Shown: piece by piece, positions 35,873 to 37,470 of the stretch
Layout of the letters: every line of letters begins with the position of its first letter
How positions within the stretch are numbered: position 1 is the stretch's first letter
Source: a virus
Taxonomy: Duplodnaviria > Caudoviricetes
Direction: 5' to 3' (one strand)
Length of the DNA: 37,470 nucleotides
Virus record (IMG/VR): IMGVR_UViG_3300048853_000030
Location: 1 to 37,470 of that record
The notes under the pieces: generated by a model
Told to the model about the DNA's origin: nothing
Database searches by the model: none
Seen by the model: the letters and a program-made list of their open reading frames with translations, nothing else
Translations under genes and position numbers: made by a program

Positions 35873-36131
35873 ATCGTCGCCGACCACGGTGCCTACATCG
35901 ATCGACCCGGGGCAAGCCGAAGCTGTTTCGTCGTGTCGTAACGCGGTTGACGCCGGCGGTGAGATGCAGGAGGACTGGCGATTCAGCCGAACCAATACCA
36001 CCGAAGGACTGGTCGTCGGAACGTACGTGCCACGCGGATCCGCTTCTGCACCGAAGGGCTACCAATGCCACGTCAACTTCTACGGGGGCACGGACTTGGT
36101 GCAGCTAACTCGTGTCGTCGATTGGGGATGA
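35802..36131 (+). CDS. Lipoprotein
   Basis: MKRQLIAALGLTAVMLGGC signal peptide II with lipobox; 109 aa. Confidence 0.75.
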   Translation: MKRQLIAALGLTAVMLGGCTGADESSPTTVPTSIDPGQAEAVSSCRNAVDAGGEMQEDWRFSRTNTTEGLVVGTYVPRGSASAPKGYQCHVNFYGGTDLVQLTRVVDWG

Positions 36132-36252
36132 GCGTTTCCTCCTGTTGCCTCAGGCAACACGCCCGGTGGGTTTCCCCAGGTCGCCCAATATTCTGCGACG
36201 CTCGCCCGTAGTGCATTCGTGCAGGTCAACCGGCATTTTCCCAGGTGACACA

Positions 36253-36278
36253 AGGGGTTCGAGTCCCCTTAGCTCCAC
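36253..36278 (+). other. att core (prophage boundary): 3' end of tRNA-Ala
   Basis: AGGGGTTCGAGTCCCCTTAGCTCCAC is a T-arm plus acceptor 3' strand matching actinobacterial tRNA-Ala; no 5' tRNA half upstream. Confidence 0.85.
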
Positions 36279-36293
36279 CGTTGATGCAAGATG

Positions 36294-36342
36294 ATCCACC
36301 TGTCCACGACATACGTCGTCGGCAGGTGGATTGTTCGTTTGT
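36294..36342 (+). terminator. Intrinsic terminator, probably the original tRNA gene terminator
   Basis: ATCCACCTG/CAGGTGGAT stem with inner ACGAC/GTCGT, followed by TGTTCGTTTGT. Confidence 0.65.
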
Positions 36343-36425
36343 GGGCCGTGCGAAGCCCGCCGGTAACAACTTTGCGATCATGAACGAGGAATCAAAGAAG
36401 ACGTTCGTGAAAGGACCCCGCTGCT

Positions 36426-36827
36426 GTGAACCTGCCGAAGAGATCTGGGCAACCGGGTCGGGTGTTCCTCATCGCGGCGGCGATACTGCTCGTCGTGGCT
36501 GCGGCGTTCGCGTTCTGGCCGGTCGACAACTCGCAGGGCACGGGCTGCGGGAGCTGGGCACTCAAAGACGACTCGTCGGCGGTGGCGAAGGACGCCGAGT
36601 TCAACCTGGGCGACACCACGAAGGACCTGACCCGAGCGCTGGCCGATCGGTATCTCGGCGACAACTCCGCCAACAGTCTCGGGCTCGGCGACAACACCAG
36701 CCAAGTGCAGGCATGCGAGTCCGCGCGCGGAGACCAGACCAGCGAGGTCGTGATCTTCGGATTGGCCGGAGCGGCTGCACTCGTGGTGGGCTTGATACGC
36801 AGGTATCAGCCGACGCGGGCCACCTGA
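36426..36827 (+). CDS. Membrane protein with two TM segments (host side)
   Basis: Hydrophobic N- and C-terminal helices flanking a CGS...C loop. Confidence 0.7.
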   Translation: MNLPKRSGQPGRVFLIAAAILLVVAAAFAFWPVDNSQGTGCGSWALKDDSSAVAKDAEFNLGDTTKDLTRALADRYLGDNSANSLGLGDNTSQVQACESARGDQTSEVVIFGLAGAAALVVGLIRRYQPTRAT

Positions 36828-36925
36828 CACGAGCGGACGGTTCGCGCCCGAAAGTCGGAGGTTTGTGACTTCGCCCAAAGGAACATCGTGCCCGGTCATA
36901 CTGGGCCGATGAGCGATCTGGGGCG

Positions 36926-37470
36926 ATGACCGGCCTCTCCGACGCCAAGGCGGCCATGGCGCGCGACGATTGGACCGCCGCGCTGGCTCTGCTCGCCCAC
37001 GAGACTTCCTCCGAGGCCGATGAGGCCCGCGCAATGGCGCACTACGGGAACGGCGAGTTCGAAGTTGCTGTCGGCGTGTGGGAGTCGTTGTACGAGCGTC
37101 GACGCGATGCAGGCGAGCATGCGGGTGCGGGCTGGGCTGCAGGACATGTGGCACTTCATCTTCTGGTGGACACAGGCTTGATGGCACCGGTTCGCGGCTG
37201 GGTCGCGCGAGCCGAACGCGAGCTCGCGGGGCTCGGTGAGGTGCCGGCTCACGCGTTGCTCGCGATGGTGAAAACGTACGAACGTTTCATGTGCGGTGAC
37301 CCGGACGGAGCGCGTCGACAAGCTCAGCGATCAATGGAACTCGGTGCACAGCTGGATGTCTCGCCTGCCGTACTCCTCGGCCAGGTGGCGACCGCACGTC
37401 TGCTCATCGCTGACGGCGAGGTGGAACCGGGCCTCGCCATTCTCGACGATGCTGCACTGCAGCTCATGTC
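36926..37470 (+). CDS. Host TPR-like transcriptional regulator, probably LuxR-type (partial)
   Basis: Own translation MTGLSDAKAAMARDDW...DTGLMAPVRGWVARAER...GLAILDDAALQLM, open to the window edge; the HTH itself is not visible. Confidence 0.6.
   Translation, partial: MTGLSDAKAAMARDDWTAALALLAHETSSEADEARAMAHYGNGEFEVAVGVWESLYERRRDAGEHAGAGWAAGHVALHLLVDTGLMAPVRGWVARAERELAGLGEVPAHALLAMVKTYERFMCGDPDGARRQAQRSMELGAQLDVSPAVLLGQVATARLLIADGEVEPGLAILDDAALQLM

Larger units (their letters stand above)
1..36278 (-). mobile_element. Temperate siphovirus prophage of an actinobacterium (left end outside window; right end at tRNA-Ala-type att core)
   Basis: Co-oriented lysis, tail, head, packaging, replication and recombination genes with ATGA/TGATG overlaps; divergent cro/repressor switch at 33.1-33.4 kb; tRNA 3'-end fragment at 36253-36278. 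Confidence 0.95.

Noticed and set aside
36200-36280. Complete tRNA gene
   Set aside because: Only the T-arm and acceptor 3' strand are present; no D-arm, anticodon arm or 5' acceptor strand upstream
1-37470. Integrase, CRISPR array, reverse transcriptase/DGR, IS element
   Set aside because: No recombinase, RT or transposase motifs and no regularly spaced repeats seen by eye; a subtle repeat could have been missed

Overview
High-GC actinobacterial (Mycobacteriales; Gordonia/Rhodococcus-like) temperate siphovirus prophage filling 1..~36278, followed by ~1.2 kb of probable host DNA. Read on the minus strand from right to left: Cro-like gene, antirepressor, excisionase-like gene, DnaQ/RecE/RecT, many small ORFs, two DNA methyltransferases, a HAD phosphatase, DUF4326, replication initiator, RusA and a late regulator. 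These are followed by a structured leader, HNH/terminase/portal/protease/capsid, head-tail and tail genes (with a -1 frameshifted chaperone), tape measure, Dit, a minor tail protein, endolysin and a partial holin. The plus strand carries the lysogeny block: repressor, DUF433-PIN toxin-antitoxin pair, ImmA/IrrE metallopeptidase, DUF3263 and a lipoprotein, ending at an att core matching the 3' end of tRNA-Ala. No integrase is in the window. The most interesting signals are (1) a PafBC/RecA-NDp-like DNA-damage promoter directly in front of a leaderless immA-DUF3263 operon, suggesting a LexA/RecA-independent induction switch; (2) a possible Sar-like antisense RNA over the antirepressor start; (3) a ~200-nt multi-stem RNA at the head of the late operon; (4) a TA pair between repressor and immA; and (5) a +1 frameshift fusing a Zn-finger ORF to RusA. 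All assignments come from reading motifs and synteny by eye; no database searches were run.
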